Positions 13,601 to 27,179 of a stretch of 64,000 nt of DNA are shown here, piece after piece (position 1 is the first letter of the stretch; the number at the start of each line of letters is the position of its first letter). This DNA comes from the human T2T-CHM13v2.0 reference genome, Homo sapiens: the NCBI RefSeq assembly GCF_009914755.1, contig NC_060932.1; one strand, given 5' to 3'. The position numbers and the translations under genes are program-made. The notes beneath the pieces were generated by a model. It searched no databases. It was given only the letters and a program-made list of their open reading frames with translations, and was not told the origin of the DNA.

Positions 13601-15165
13601 AACTAACTTATTTCAAGTTAAAGTGGACTAGACAATTCCTTCATTAAGAACAAACCACGAAATCTGGAAAAAATATTCATGAAAGCTTTTTGAAAGCAAG
13701 ATGGAATTAACAAGGTAGTGAAGAATTAGGGCATATGATCCAGGAAAAGAAGAATCCCCAGAAAATTGAGCCTGGCATGTATCCCAAGGATGTCTTCCAA
13801 TTCAGGAAGAGACATATGAGAGCCTGAGGAGCTGAAAAGCACTTTCAACAGCTTTGATTGTCTAGGGGCACAAGTATTAGAGTCTATGTCTAAACAAGAA
13901 GGAGCGACCCTGGTAAACTGCACATAATTAGAGTTTGAACAACAAACACCAGCTACACCATAAGAATAAAGCAAATCCAGAACCGGATTAGATTATCCAG
14001 ATTGCTAGTGCCTCTACTTACTTCTGGAAACAAGTATACATCCTCCCTGAAGAATTTATACTTATTTTATATATTTAATTATATATAATGTAACATATAT
14101 TATGTATTATAAAGATATCATCAGCAAAATTGTTAAAAATATTTCTACACATAATATCCAGCATTTAATCAAAGAACCATGAACAAAAGGAGATAATTCC
14201 ACATGAATTTAAAAAGGAAAATAAGCAGAAAATAAAATAGATACACAAAGAGCCCACAAAATAATTAGCAGACATGAGACATTAAATAACTATGCTTAAT
14301 ATGTTTAAGAAAATAAAATCCAAGATTGAGAATTTCAACAGAACACTACAAACTGTAAAATGAAATAAGAAAATTTTAGACCTGAAAAATATAATGTCCA
14401 AAATTAAAAATCCACTGGATAAATTTAGCAGCATATTAAACAGAACTGGAAAGAATATTATTGAACTAGAAAGCAGGCAGAAAAAATACTCTGAACAAAA
14501 CAGATAGAAAACTTGTGTAGGAAAAAATAAACAATAGAGGAGAAAGAGACCAAGGGTATTTAACATACATGTAATTTTCTTTCCCAGAAGGAAATCAAAA
14601 TGGAGCTGTAGTAATATTTGAAAAGATAGTGGTTGAGAATTGTCCTAAAGTGGTAACCAAAGGAAATATTCAAAAAGCATTCTGAGCCACAAGCAGGATA
14701 AATTTTTTTAATAGGCATATCATTTGAAAATGTTAAAAACAGAGAAAATCTTACAACCACATAAGGGACAAAAAAAGATGAATCTGAAAAGACCAAGAAT
14801 CAGACTGCAGGAGATTTTTCAACAGAAGCAATAGAAGCCAGAAAACACAGGATTAATATCTTCAAAGCATGGAAAAAAAATAACTGCCAACTGAGAATGC
14901 TATACTCAAAGAATGCATTTTTCAAAAGTGAGGGTACAACAAAGACATTTTCTAACAAAGAAAAACAGAAAATTTAGCTCCAGCAGACCAGCACTGAAAG
15001 AAATACAAAAAGGTGTTTTTCAGGCAGAAGGGAAATGAAACCCGATGGGAGTTCAGGAATTGGTGAAGGAAGGATGAGCAATAAAAATGATAAACGTGTA
15101 AAGATTTGAATGAAATTTGCTTCTAAAACATTTTAAGAGTATAATAGTGTTTAAAAATATGTGTG

Positions 15166-15365
15166 TGGCAACCTAGTGAGACCTTTACTCTGCAAAAAAA
15201 TGTTTTAAAAATTAAGCTGGGTGTCATTGCACATGTCTGTATTCCTAGCTACTCAGGAAGCTGAAGCAGGAGAATCCCTTGATCCCAGGAGTTTGAGGCT
15301 GCAGTGATCTATGATTGTGCCACTGCATTCCATCCTGGGCAACAGAGTGAGACCTCATCTCTAAA
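15166..15365 (+). mobile_element. 5'-truncated AluJ
   Basis: End of the left arm plus the complete right arm (GAGTTTGAGGCTGCAGTGA). Confidence 0.88.
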
Positions 15366-15415
15366 ACACACACACGCATATACACACATACACACACACA
15401 TACACACACACACAC
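15366..15415. repeat. (CA)n microsatellite at the Alu tail
   Basis: Read directly from the sequence. Confidence 0.95.
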
Positions 15416-16609
15416 GTGTATGTGTATTTGTTAAGAAAACATTTATATATATATAAAGACAAAAATAACAAAATAACAAATATACCATATAAGCTAAGAA
15501 GAGGATAAATAGAGTTAAAGTGTTTTAAGATTTGTACATTTTCTGAGAAAAGGATAAAAGTACCAAGGACTCTTGTATGCAAGGAATTCATGACGTAATT
15601 TTTTAGGAAAACCACTAAAAGAAGAGGAAAAATCTATAAAATCAACTAGCTAATAAGGATGAAAATAATAAAAATAATAATTCAAAGAATGACACAAAGA
15701 GAAAAGGAGAACATACAAAAGCTGGAGTAAGGACAAAAGACAGTGAATTTAAATCCCAATGTGTCAGTAATTTATACTATTGACTAAGTGTTTCCATTTT
15801 TAAAAAATATGTTTTTCAGGCCCAACTGTATGCTGGTAAGAAGGAAAGTATGTATAATATAAACATATAGAAAGGTTAACAAAAATATCTCCCAGTGTGG
15901 TTATGGATTTCTCTATTTCTCTATGTAGTTCTGTCCATTTTTATTTTATGTAGTTTGAAGTCACATTACAGGTGCACATATATTTGTCCAATAGAATTAT
16001 TACTACAATGCAAGCTTTCTAAATTTCAAAACACACATCAAAGAATTAGATTATAATTACCTTGCAAATAAATTAACATAAAAGACATACATAAGATACT
16101 GCAACCAATAATTGCAGAACATTTTGTTCTTAAAGAACGTTATTTGTGAATAAATTTACATTTGTAGAAAAGTTGCAAAGGTAGAACAGAGGGTTCCTAC
16201 AAAATATTCATTTGGTGTCCCTATTGTTAATATTTTACATAACTGCAGTAAATTGGTACAATACTATTACCTAAATTTTAGATGGCTAGTATTAACCTTA
16301 ATCACTTGGTTAATGTGGTGTCACTTAGGTTTCCTCACTGTAAAGTTATTATTTTTCTCTTCTCAAACTCTATTATTTAAAAGCAAGTCAATAAATCCTG
16401 ACAACCCTCAAGGAGATGAAAACTAAACTCTATTTATTTATATCAGTATGAATTTATGAATACTTATTTTAGGGGTTGCAATCCAATATTATCATTACTT
16501 ATTTATTACTCAAATTGCTCCAGCAGTTAGATAGGCTGCTACATCCTTTTAACATGCCACTATTATTTCTGTTTGGTTTTGTTTTTTAGCACAACCTTCA
16601 GTAACCCTC

Positions 16610-16770
16610 TTTTTCTTTTTCTTTTTTCAAAGGGACAGGATCTTGCTTGCTGCCCAAGCTAGAGTGGTGTGATCACAGATCACTGCAGCCTTGAACTCCT
16701 GGGCTGTAGCGATCTTCCCTCCTCAGCATCCCAAATAGGTTAGATTACATGTGGGAGCCAGCGCCCAGCT
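16610..16770 (-). mobile_element. Free Alu monomer (FRAM/FLAM-like)
   Basis: T-tail, then CACTGCAGCCTTGAACTCCTGGGCT...GAGCCAGCGCCCAGC. Confidence 0.8.
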
Positions 16771-19093
16771 AGTCTCATTTTATATTTTGCCCTCCTCAAT
16801 CCTAAAATCAACTATTTCACCAAGGAGCACTGGCTCATTTAATTGAAAAATGGCATATGAAAACAAAAATCTGGGTGCTGGAGATGTTCATTGCTACTAG
16901 GGTGTCACTGTTTCTAGTTCCTTTCAATGAAGAGGCCTGGGAAAATATTTGTAAGGTATGGCTTATATGCAGGCATACCTCAGAGACAGTGCACGTTCAG
17001 TTCCAGACCACCACAATAAAGTGAATATCGTGATAAAGCAAGTCACAGAAACATTTTGGTTTCACGATGAATATAAGAGTTATATTTACATTATACTGGA
17101 GTCTGTCAAGTGTGTGAAAGCATTATGTCTGAAAAACCAATATACATACCTTAATTTAAAAATACTTCCTTGCTAAAAAATGCTGACCTTCATCTGAGCT
17201 TTCAGTGAGTTATGCCCTTTTTGCTGGTGGAGGGTCTTGTCTTTATGTTGATAGCTGCTGATCAGTGTGGTTGCTAAAGGTTGAGATGACTGTGGTAATT
17301 GCTTAAAATAAGACAACAGTGAAGTCTGCCTCATCAATTAACTTTCTTTCATGAAAGATTTCTCTGTAGCATGCAATGCTGTTTGAGAGCATCCTACTCA
17401 TAATAGAACTTCTTTAAAAACTAGTTAATCCTCTCAAACTCTGCTGTTGCTTTATCAACTGATTTTATGTAACATTCTAAATCCTCTGCTGTCATTTCAA
17501 CAATGTTTAAAGCATCTTCACCAGAAGTTGATTCCATCTCATGAAACCACTTCTCTAACTCATCCATAAAAAAGCAACTCCTCATCTATTCAAGTCTTAT
17601 CATGAGTTGCAGCAATTCAGGCTCTACTTCTGATTCTAGTTCTCTTGCTATTTCCACCACATCTGCAGTTACTTTCTCTACCGAATCTTCAATCCCTCAA
17701 AGTCATCTATGAGAGTTGAAATCAACTTCTTCCAAACTCCTGTTAATGTGTATATTTTGTTAATGTGGATATTTGACCATGAATCACAAATGTTCTTAAT
17801 GCCATCTAGAAAGGTAAATCCTTTCCAGAATGTTTTCAATTTACTTTGCCAGCATCCATTAAAGAAATCTCTATGGCAGCTATAGCCTTACAAAGTGTAT
17901 TTCTTAAATAATAAGTCTTGAAAATCTTTTGAAATTAATCTTTTTTTTCTGAGCACTAGGTCTCAACAGTGGGTTGAAAATATTCAGTAAACTTCCAATC
18001 CGTACCACCCAAAAAATATTCAGTAAACCATGCTGCAAACAGATGTACTGTCATCCAGGCTTTGTTGTTCCATTTCTAGAGCACATATAGAGTAGATTTA
18101 CTGTCATTCTTAAGAGTCCTAGGATTTTTTTTAATGGCACATGAGAATTGCCTTCAACTGAAAGCCACCCACCGCATTAGTCCCTAACAGGAAAGTCAGC
18201 CTGTCTTTTGAAGTTTTAAAGCCAGACGTTGAATTTCCTCTCTAGCTATGAAAGTTCTAAATGAAAGCTTCCAATATAAGACTGTTTTGTATACCCTGAA
18301 AATCTGTTGTTTAGTGCAGTCACCTTCATCAATGATCTTAGCTAGATTTTTCTGGATAACTTGCTGCAGATTCTACATCAGCACTTGCTGCTTTACCTTG
18401 TATTTTATGTTATGGAGACAGCTTTCTTCCTTAAACATCATGAATAAATCTCTTCTAGCTTCAAACTTTTCTTTTGTAGTTTTCTCGCCTCTCTCACCTT
18501 CATAGAATTGAAGACATTTAGGGACTTGCTCTGAATTAGGCTTTGATTAATGGAATGTTGCAGCTGGTTTAATCTTCTATTGAGACCACTAACAATTTCT
18601 ACATCTCAGCAATAAGATTGTTTTGCTTTCTCATCACATTTGTCTTCACTGGAGTGGCACTTTTGATTTCTTTCTAGAACTTTTCCCTTGAATTCATGAT
18701 TTCCTTAATTGTTTGGCACAAGAGGCCTAGATTTTAGTCTGTCTCAGCTTTCAACCTGTCTTCCTTATTAAGCTTAATCGTTTCTAGCTTTTGATTTAAA
18801 GTAAGAGGTGTGCAACTACACTTCCTTTCACTTGAACACTTAGAGGCCATTGTAGGGTTATTAATTGGCCTAATTTCAATATTGTTGTGCCTCAGGGAAT
18901 AGAGAGGACAGATAACAGGAAGACAGACAGGGGAATGGCTGATGGGTAGAGGAGTTAGAATACACACAACATTTATCAGTTAAGCTTGCCATCTTATATG
19001 GGCATGATCCATCGCACCCCAAAACAATTATAATAGTAACATCAGAGATTACTGATCACAGATCACCATAACACACACAATGATAATAAAAGT

Positions 19094-19160
19094 GATCCTA
19101 TGAGCCTAGGAGTTCAAGACGAGGCTAGGCAACATAGTGAGACCCTGTCTCACTTAAAAA
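19094..19160 (+). mobile_element. FLAM/Alu monomer 3' fragment
   Basis: GAGCCTAGGAGTTCAAGACGAGGCTAGGCAACATAGTGAGACCCTGTCTC. Confidence 0.8.
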
Positions 19161-19172
19161 TATTTCATTCTT

Positions 19173-19480
<308 letters not shown>

Positions 19481-22400
19481 TTAAAAAACTTTTTAAAGTT
19501 TGAAATATTGCAAGAATTACCTAAAATATGACACAGAGACATGAAGTAAGCACATTATTTTGGGGAAATGGTGCCAACAGACTTGCTCAACACAAGGTTG
19601 CCACAAACCTTCAATCTACACAAAATATAATATCTGAAAAATGCAATAAAATAAAACAATACAATGAGGTACACCTATATATAAACATAAGCTCATCCTG
19701 ATTTATCTGACTCTAGCCCAGTATCATATTATTCTAGTCTTTCCAATTACCTTACTTGTAACTTTTTACTCTAGTAGTAGAAAAACCAATGTCATCATCT
19801 TATGTATTCTTTTTAAACATCCAAAAATTTTATAAAAATTCTTATGAACTCGTCCATGAAATAAATCTTTTAATATTATATTTAATAAATTATCTTTCAG
19901 CTAACAAAACTTGTATACATTTATTGGGTATAACATCATGTTTTGAAACATGTATACATTGTGGAATGGTTCAGTAGAGCTAATTAACATGCATCATTAT
20001 CATTTTTTGAGGTGAGAACACTTAACATCCCTCTTAAAGGTTTTTAAGAATGCAATACGTTGTTCTTAACTCTAGCCACCATGCTGTACAATAGATCTCT
20101 TGAACTTATTTCTCCTAACTGAAATTTTGTATCCTTTGTCCAACTCCCCTCTCACCCCAACCCTTCATAACCACCATTCTACTTTCTACTTCTTTGAGTC
20201 TGACTTTTACAGATTCCACATATGCATGAGATCATGCAGTATTTGTCTCTCTGTACCTGGCCTATTTCACTTATCATAATGTCTTGCAGGTCCATCCATG
20301 TTGTGGCTTGGATATTTAAGGCCGAATTGTACTATTCCATTGTGTATATATATCACATTTTTGTTATCCATTTATCTATTATTAACACTTAGGTTTATTT
20401 CTCAGTTATTGTGAATGATGCTAAAAGGGCCATGGGAGTGCAATATCTTTTTGGAATGCTGATTTCATACTCTTTGGATATATACCCAATAGTTAAACTG
20501 CTAGATCATATTTTTAATTATTTGAGAAATGTCTATACTGTTCTCCATAATAGCTGTACTTATTTACATTCCCATCAATGATATACAGGGTTCTCTTTTC
20601 TCTGCATCCTCACCAACATTTATCTTTCATCTCTTTGATAATAGTCATTCTAACAGTTGTGAGGGAATATCTCATTACGACTTTAATTTACATTCCCTAA
20701 TGATTAGTCATGTTGAGTATTTTTCATATACTTATTGGTCATTCATATGTCTTCTTTAAAGAAATATATATTCAGGTCTTTTGCCCATTTTTAATCATTT
20801 TTTTTTCTTATTATTGAGCTGTTGGAGTTTTTTATATATTTTGGATATTAACTCCTTATCAGATGTATGGTTTGTAAATACTTTTTCTCCCATTCCATAG
20901 GTTGTCTCGTTATTTTGTCAATTGTTTCCTTCGCTATGCAGAAGCTTTTTAGGTTGATGTAATTCCATTTGTCTATCTTTGCTTTATTGTCTGTGTTTTG
21001 GGGGTCATAGTCAAAAATTCACTGCCCAGATTAATCTCATGGAGATTTTTCCCTATGTTTTCTTCAAGTAGTTTCATTATTTCATGTCTCATGTTCAAGT
21101 CTTTAATACATTTTGAATTAATTTTTATATATGGTGTGTGAGATGAGGGTCTAATTTCATTCTTTTGCATGTGGATATCCAGTTTTCTCAGGACCATTTA
21201 TTGAAGAGACTGTTATTTTCCCGTTGTGTGTCCTCGACAGTTTTGTCAAGAATCAATTTGCTATAAATGTGTGGACTTATTTCCGGGCTCTTTATTCTCT
21301 TTCATTGGTCTATGTGTCTGTTTTCATGCCAGTACCAAGGTGTTTTGATTACTACAGCTTTGGAGTGTATTTTGAAGTCAAGTATTGTGATACTTCCAGC
21401 TTCATTTTTTTGTTCGATATTTCATTGGCTATTCAGGGTCTTTTGTGGTTCTATATACATTTTAGGATTGTTTTTTCTATTTCTGTGAAAAAATGGCATT
21501 AAAATTTTGAAAGAAATCATATTGAATTGATAGATTGCTGTGGGTAGTATGGACATTTTAATAATATTAATTCTTCCAATTCATAAACTAGGGATTTCTT
21601 TCCATTAATTTGTGTCTTCACTTTCTATCATCAATGTTCTATAGTTTTCAGTGTATAGATTATCACTTTCTGGGCTAAATTTATTATTTATGGCTATTAT
21701 AAATGGGGTTGTTTTCTTGATTTCTTCTTCAGATGGTTTGTTGTTCGTGTATAGAAATGCTATGGATTTTTGTATGTTGATTTTTGAATCCTGCAACTTT
21801 CTGAATTCATTTATTAGTTCTAGCTGGTTTTTGGTGGAGTCTTTAGAGTTTTCTGTATATAAGAACCTATGATTTACAAACAGAGACAATTTACCTTCTT
21901 CCCTTCGTATTTGACTGCCTTTTATTTCTTTCTTTTGGCTAATTGGTCTGGCTAGAACTTCCAGTCCTGTGTTGAATGGAGCAGTAAGAGTGGACATTCT
22001 TGTCCTATTCCTGACCTTAGAGAAATAGTTTTCAACTTTTTATTGTTGAATATTAAGTTAGCCATGGCATTGTGCTGAGGTGTAATTCTTCTATACCTAT
22101 TGCATTGAGAGTTCTTATCATGAAAGTTTGCTAAATTTTGTCATCTATTTAAGCACATATTGAGATGATCATGTAAGTTTTGAACCTCATTCCATTAATG
22201 TGACACATCACATTTATTAATTTGCATATATTGAGCCATCCTTGCATCGCTACGATGAACCCCACTTGATTATAGTGAATGATACTTTTTATGTGCTGTT
22301 CAATTTCATTTGCTAGTATTTTGTTGACTTTTTTTGCATCTATGTTCATCAGGGTTATTGGCATGTAATTTTCCTTTCTTATAGTATTCTTGCTTGGCTT

Positions 22401-24553
22401 TGGTATCAGGGTAATGTAGCCTTGTAAAATGAACTTAGAAGTACTTTTTGCTTTTCAATTTTTTGAAAGTGTTTGAGAAGAACTGGTATTATTCTTTAAA
22501 TATTTGGTAGAATTCTTCAGTGAAATTAACAGGTCCTGGACTTTTCATTGGTGGGAGAATTTTTATTACCAATTCAATCTCTTTACTTATTCTTGATCAG
22601 TTTAGATTTTCTATTTCCTACTGATTTAGTCTTGGTAGGTTGTATGGGTCTAGAAATTTATCTATTTCTTCTAGGTTATCTAATTTGTTGGGATATAATT
22701 GTTCATAGTAATTTTTATGGCACTTTGTATTTCTGTGACATCAGTTGTAATGTCTCCTCTTTTATTTCTGATTTTGAGTCTTCTCTTTTTTTTCTTAGTT
22801 TAGGTAATGTTTGTTGGTTATCTTTATCTGTTTTAAAAAGCCAACTGATATATTAATATTTTTTCTTGTTTTTCTATTATTTTATTAATTTCTCCTCTGA
22901 TTCTTATTGTTTCCTTCTTTCTACTAACTTCGTTTGTTCCTTTTCTTAGTTTCTTAAGATGTAACATAAGATTGTTTATTTAGGATCTTTATTCTTTTTT
23001 ATGTAGACATTTATTACTATTAACTTTCCCCTTAAAACTGCTTTTGCTGCATCCTATGAGTTTCAGTATGTTGCGTGTCCATTATCTTTCATCTCAGGAT
23101 ACTTTTGTTTATTTTTTTATTTTTCTTTGAACCATCGCTAGTTTAGGAGCATCTTGTTTAATTTCCACGTATTCATTCAGGAATTTTCTGAAATTCTTCC
23201 TGTTATTGATTTCTAGTTTTATACTATTGTGGTTGGAAAAGATACTTTATATGATTTCAGTCTTCTTAACTTTGTTAAGACTTGTCTTGTGGCCTAATAC
23301 ATAATCCATCTTGTAGAATGTTTCTGGTGCTCTTGAGAAAATGCATATTCTGCTGCTGAATGGAATGTTCTGTATATACCTGTCAGGTCTATTTGGTCTA
23401 AAGTGTAGCTCAAGTTTAATGTTTCCTTATTGATTTTATGCTTGGATGATCTGTCCGTTGTTGTAAGTGGGATATTGAAATTCCCTACTATTATTTTATT
23501 GCAGTCTGTGTCCCTTCTCAGGTCTATTAATATTTGCTTTATATATTTAGTTCCTCTGAGGTTGTGAGCATATATATTTATAACTGTTATATCTTCTTGA
23601 AAATCAAAGACATGAATTGATTCCTTTATCATTATATAACGGCCTTCTTTGTCTTATTATACAGTATTAGACTTGAAATCTATTCATCTAATATAAATAT
23701 AGCTATCCCCATTCTCTTTTGGTTTCCATTTGCATGGAATATCTTTTTCCATCATTTCACTTTTAGTCTGCTTGTGTCCATAAAGGTGAGGTGAGTCTCT
23801 TATACTCTAGTAGACAGCTTATAGTTAACTCTCTTTTAATCCATTGAGCCACTCTATGTCATTTTATTGCAGATTTTAAAACATTTACATTCAACGTAAT
23901 TATAAACAGGTAAAGACATTATTTCTATTTTGTTAATTGTTTTCTGCTTATTTTGTAGGTTGTTTGTTTCTTTCTCTCTAAATGTTTTCCTTTGTGATTA
24001 GGTAATTTTCTCTAGTGACGTGTTTTGGTTTATTACTTTTTATCTTTTATGTATCTACTATAGGTTTTTGCTTTGCAATTACCATGAATCTTACCTAAAA
24101 CATCTTATAGTTATAACAGGCTATTTTTAACAGACAACAATTTCATTTTGATTGTACTAAAAAAAAAAACAAGTTTCTTTACTTTTTCCCACATTTTATG
24201 TTTTTGATGTTAAAATTTAAATCTTTTTTATATTATCTATCCCCTAACAAATTATTGTTGCCATTATTTTTAATGTTTGTCTCTTAACCTTCATACTAAG
24301 GACATAGGTGACTTACACACTGCCATTACATTATTAAAATATTTTAAATTTGACTATGTACTTACTTTTATGAGTTTTATAGTTTCATTTTTCTCCATGT
24401 TACTATTAACATCCTTTTCTTTCAGCTTGAAGAACTCACTCTAGTGTTTCTTGTAAGACAAGTCTGGTGGTGACAAATTCCCTGTTTTTTCTTGAGAAAG
24501 TCTTTATCTTTCCTTCATTTCTAAAGGACAGTTTTGCCGGGTACAGTATTTTT

Positions 24554-24855
24554 TATTCTTATTTAGTTATTTATTTATTTTAGAGGCAGGGTCTCGTTCT
24601 GTCACCCAGGCTAGAGTGTAGTGGCACAATCATAGGTCACTATAGCATCAAACTCATGGGTTAAAGCCATCCTCCTGCCTCAGCCTCCTGAGTAGCTAGG
24701 ACTGTGATCATGTGCCACCATGCCCAGCTAAGGATTTTTGTTGTTGTTGTTTTGTTGTTTTGTTTTATTTGTAGAGACAGGGTCTCACTGCATTGCACAG
24801 GCTGGTCTCCAACTTCCAGGCTCAAACAATCCTCCCACCTTAGCCTCCCAAAGTA
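24554..24855 (-). mobile_element. 5'-truncated AluJ (Jo-like) inside the L1MA
   Basis: Antisense dimer; TSD GTACAGTATTTTT (24541) / GTAGAGTATTCTT (24853). Confidence 0.92.
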
Positions 24856-25849
24856 GAGTATTCTTGATTGGCATTTAACTTCTCTCAGCACTTTTAATAT
24901 ATCATCCCTTTCTCTCCTGGCCTTTAAGGTATCTACTGAGCAATCCACTGCTATTCTCATTGGACTCTCTTATATGTTATTTGCTTCTTTTCTCTTGCTA
25001 CTTTCAGGATCCTTTCTTTGTCCTTGATTTTTCACAGTCTGATTATAATATATCTTGGTGAAGTCTTGTTTGGATTGAAACTGATTGGAGACCTTTAACC
25101 TTCCTGTATCTGGAAAGTTACATCTTTCTCCAAATTTGGAAAGGTTTTCACTATTATTTCTTTAAATAAGCTTTCTAGGCCCTTTGTCTTTCTCTTCTCC
25201 TTCACTAATTCCTATAATAAATATTTGCCCTCTTACTGCTGTCTCATAAATTCTGTGAGCTTTCTTCATTCTTTTTTACATCTTTTTCTCCTCTGGATGT
25301 ATATTTTCAAATAACCTGTCTTCAAGTTCACAGATACTTTCTTCTGCTTCATCAGTTCTGCTATTTATACTCCCTATTGTACTTTTTATTTAATTTATGG
25401 TATTTTTCAGCTGTAGAATTTCTGTTTGGTTTCTCTTTATAATTTAAGTCTCTCTTACATTTCTTATTTTGGCCATTTATTATTTCCTGATAGCATTGAA
25501 TTGTTTATCTATATTTTCTTGAAGTTTGCTGTGCTTCCTTAAAATCATTATTTCAAATATTTGTCAGTCAGTTTATACATCTCAATTTCTTTGGAGTCAG
25601 CTACTGAAAGATAATTGTGTTCTTTTGATGGTATTATATCTCCTCGGTTTTTCATGTTTCTTGTTTCCTTATGCTAATGTCTGAGCATTTGAAGAAGTAT
25701 GGACTTATTCAAGTCTTTGCAGACCGTGTTTGTCTTTTCCACTGGGAAAGCCCTTCACCAGTCAGCATGACCAGAGATTCTGGGCAGGCCATTTAGTGTG
25801 GTCCAATGGCAGAACTGCTGCTGGAATATTTGGGCTGGCTGGTCTAGTG

Positions 25850-26850
25850 CCTGGGTCAACCGGTGGGCAGGCCTGGCACCTGAATCCACTGGAGTGGACA
25901 GATTCATTGGATTTATGGGGTTGGGCCTGCAGCCTGGGTCCACGAGGGCAGGCCTGGAGCCCGGGTCCATAGGGGCTGACCTGGCACTGGGGTAGGCCTT
26001 GAGCCTGAGTCTACAGGAGCTGACCAGGCGCTGGTATGGGTTTAAAGCCTGGGTCCATTGAGGTATGCCTGGAATCTGAGTCCACAGTGGCTAGTATGGC
26101 ACTGGTGCAGGCCTGGTACCTAAGTCTGTAAAGGCAGGCCTGGGTTTTACATCTGCAGGGGTGGTCCTAGAGCTTCAGTCTGGGAATGCGAGATACTGAC
26201 CTGGTACCAGGTCTGCTTAGGTGAGCCTGACCCCTAAATCTGCTGGAACAAGGCTGGACCCTGGGTCCTCTGGAGCCTGGGGCCATGGGAGCTAACCTGG
26301 ACATTTGTCACAGGTGCTGGCCTGGAGCCTGAGGATATAGGAACCAGCCAGGAGCCTGGGTCTGTTTGAGCTGGCCTAGAGGCTGTTTGCAAGGGCTGCC
26401 CTAAGTCCTGAGGCCACAGAGACCACTAGAAAGAAACACGAGTCTACAGTCCTGAGGCTGATCCAGCACTGGGGTCCATTGGGATGGCCTAGAAGCTGGA
26501 TATGCTGAAATATGGGACTATGGGGGTCAGGCTGAAGGGTGGGACAACAGTGACAGGGCTGGCACTGAGAAAGTCTGGTGCCTGTATCTATCAGGGCTAG
26601 CCTGGAGGCTGAATCTATGAGCACTGGCCTGATAAATTGGGCTTTGGTGGTTGCCCTCATGCTGGGGTCGGCTTGGAGCCTGAGTCTGTGGGGGCCAGCC
26701 TGGCACTGGAGCAGGCCCAAAGCCAGGGAGGTCAGACCAGCAAATCAGTAGGCCTAAAGTCTGAGTCCACCAGGAAGACCCAGAACCTGGGGCTGCAGGA
26801 TCCTTCCTGGTGCTGGGGAAGGCCTGAGTCTTGGGCCACGGAGGCCTGCC
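25850..26850. repeat. Degenerate GC-rich tandem array in the L1 5'UTR
   Basis: Recurrent GGCCTGGAGCCTG(G/A)GTC(C/T)A and CCTGGCACTGG units at irregular spacing. Confidence 0.8.
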
Positions 26851-27179
26851 CCACACTGAGTTTTACTGTGGTGGGCCTGGTTTTGGGGTTTGAGGCAAAG
26901 TCTGGTATTCACTTTTCTCTCCTTTCCCTAAGGGGATGTTATCTCTCTCCATGTTGTGCTCCCTAAGATTGGGAAACGGGGGATACAGGTAATGTAAAAT
27001 TGTCCCTTCTGCCCCTTTCGAGGTGCTTTTTCTTATTTCTGTGCTATACCCAGGTGCTATAATCTCTCATCTGGTTTCCTTAGCTCTTATGAAGACATTT
27101 TTATTTATGGAGAGATGTTCTATTTCTGAGGAGGGACAGGCCCTTGAAAGGCCTATTCTAACATCTTGCTGACATTGAG

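Larger units (their letters stand above)
13601..16135 (+). mobile_element. Old L1 (L1ME/L1M4-like) 5' region, ORF1 and start of ORF2, decayed
   Basis: ORF1-like A-rich sequence (ATAACTATGCTTAATATGTTTAAG; CAACAGAAGCAATAGAAGCCAGAAAAC; CCAGCAGACCAGCACT); endonuclease-start-like AAATCCCAATGTGTCAGTAAT. Confidence 0.75.
19875..27177 (-). mobile_element. Full-length L1MA (MA6-8-like 3' end, L1M2-type 5'UTR), decayed
   Basis: 3'UTR at 19.9-20.3 kb; ORF2 remnants (LEVLARPISQKKEIKG; [10 protein letters not shown]; EDITVINIYA); ORF1 at ~24.4-25.7 kb; GC-rich 5'UTR to ~27.18 kb. Confidence 0.92.
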
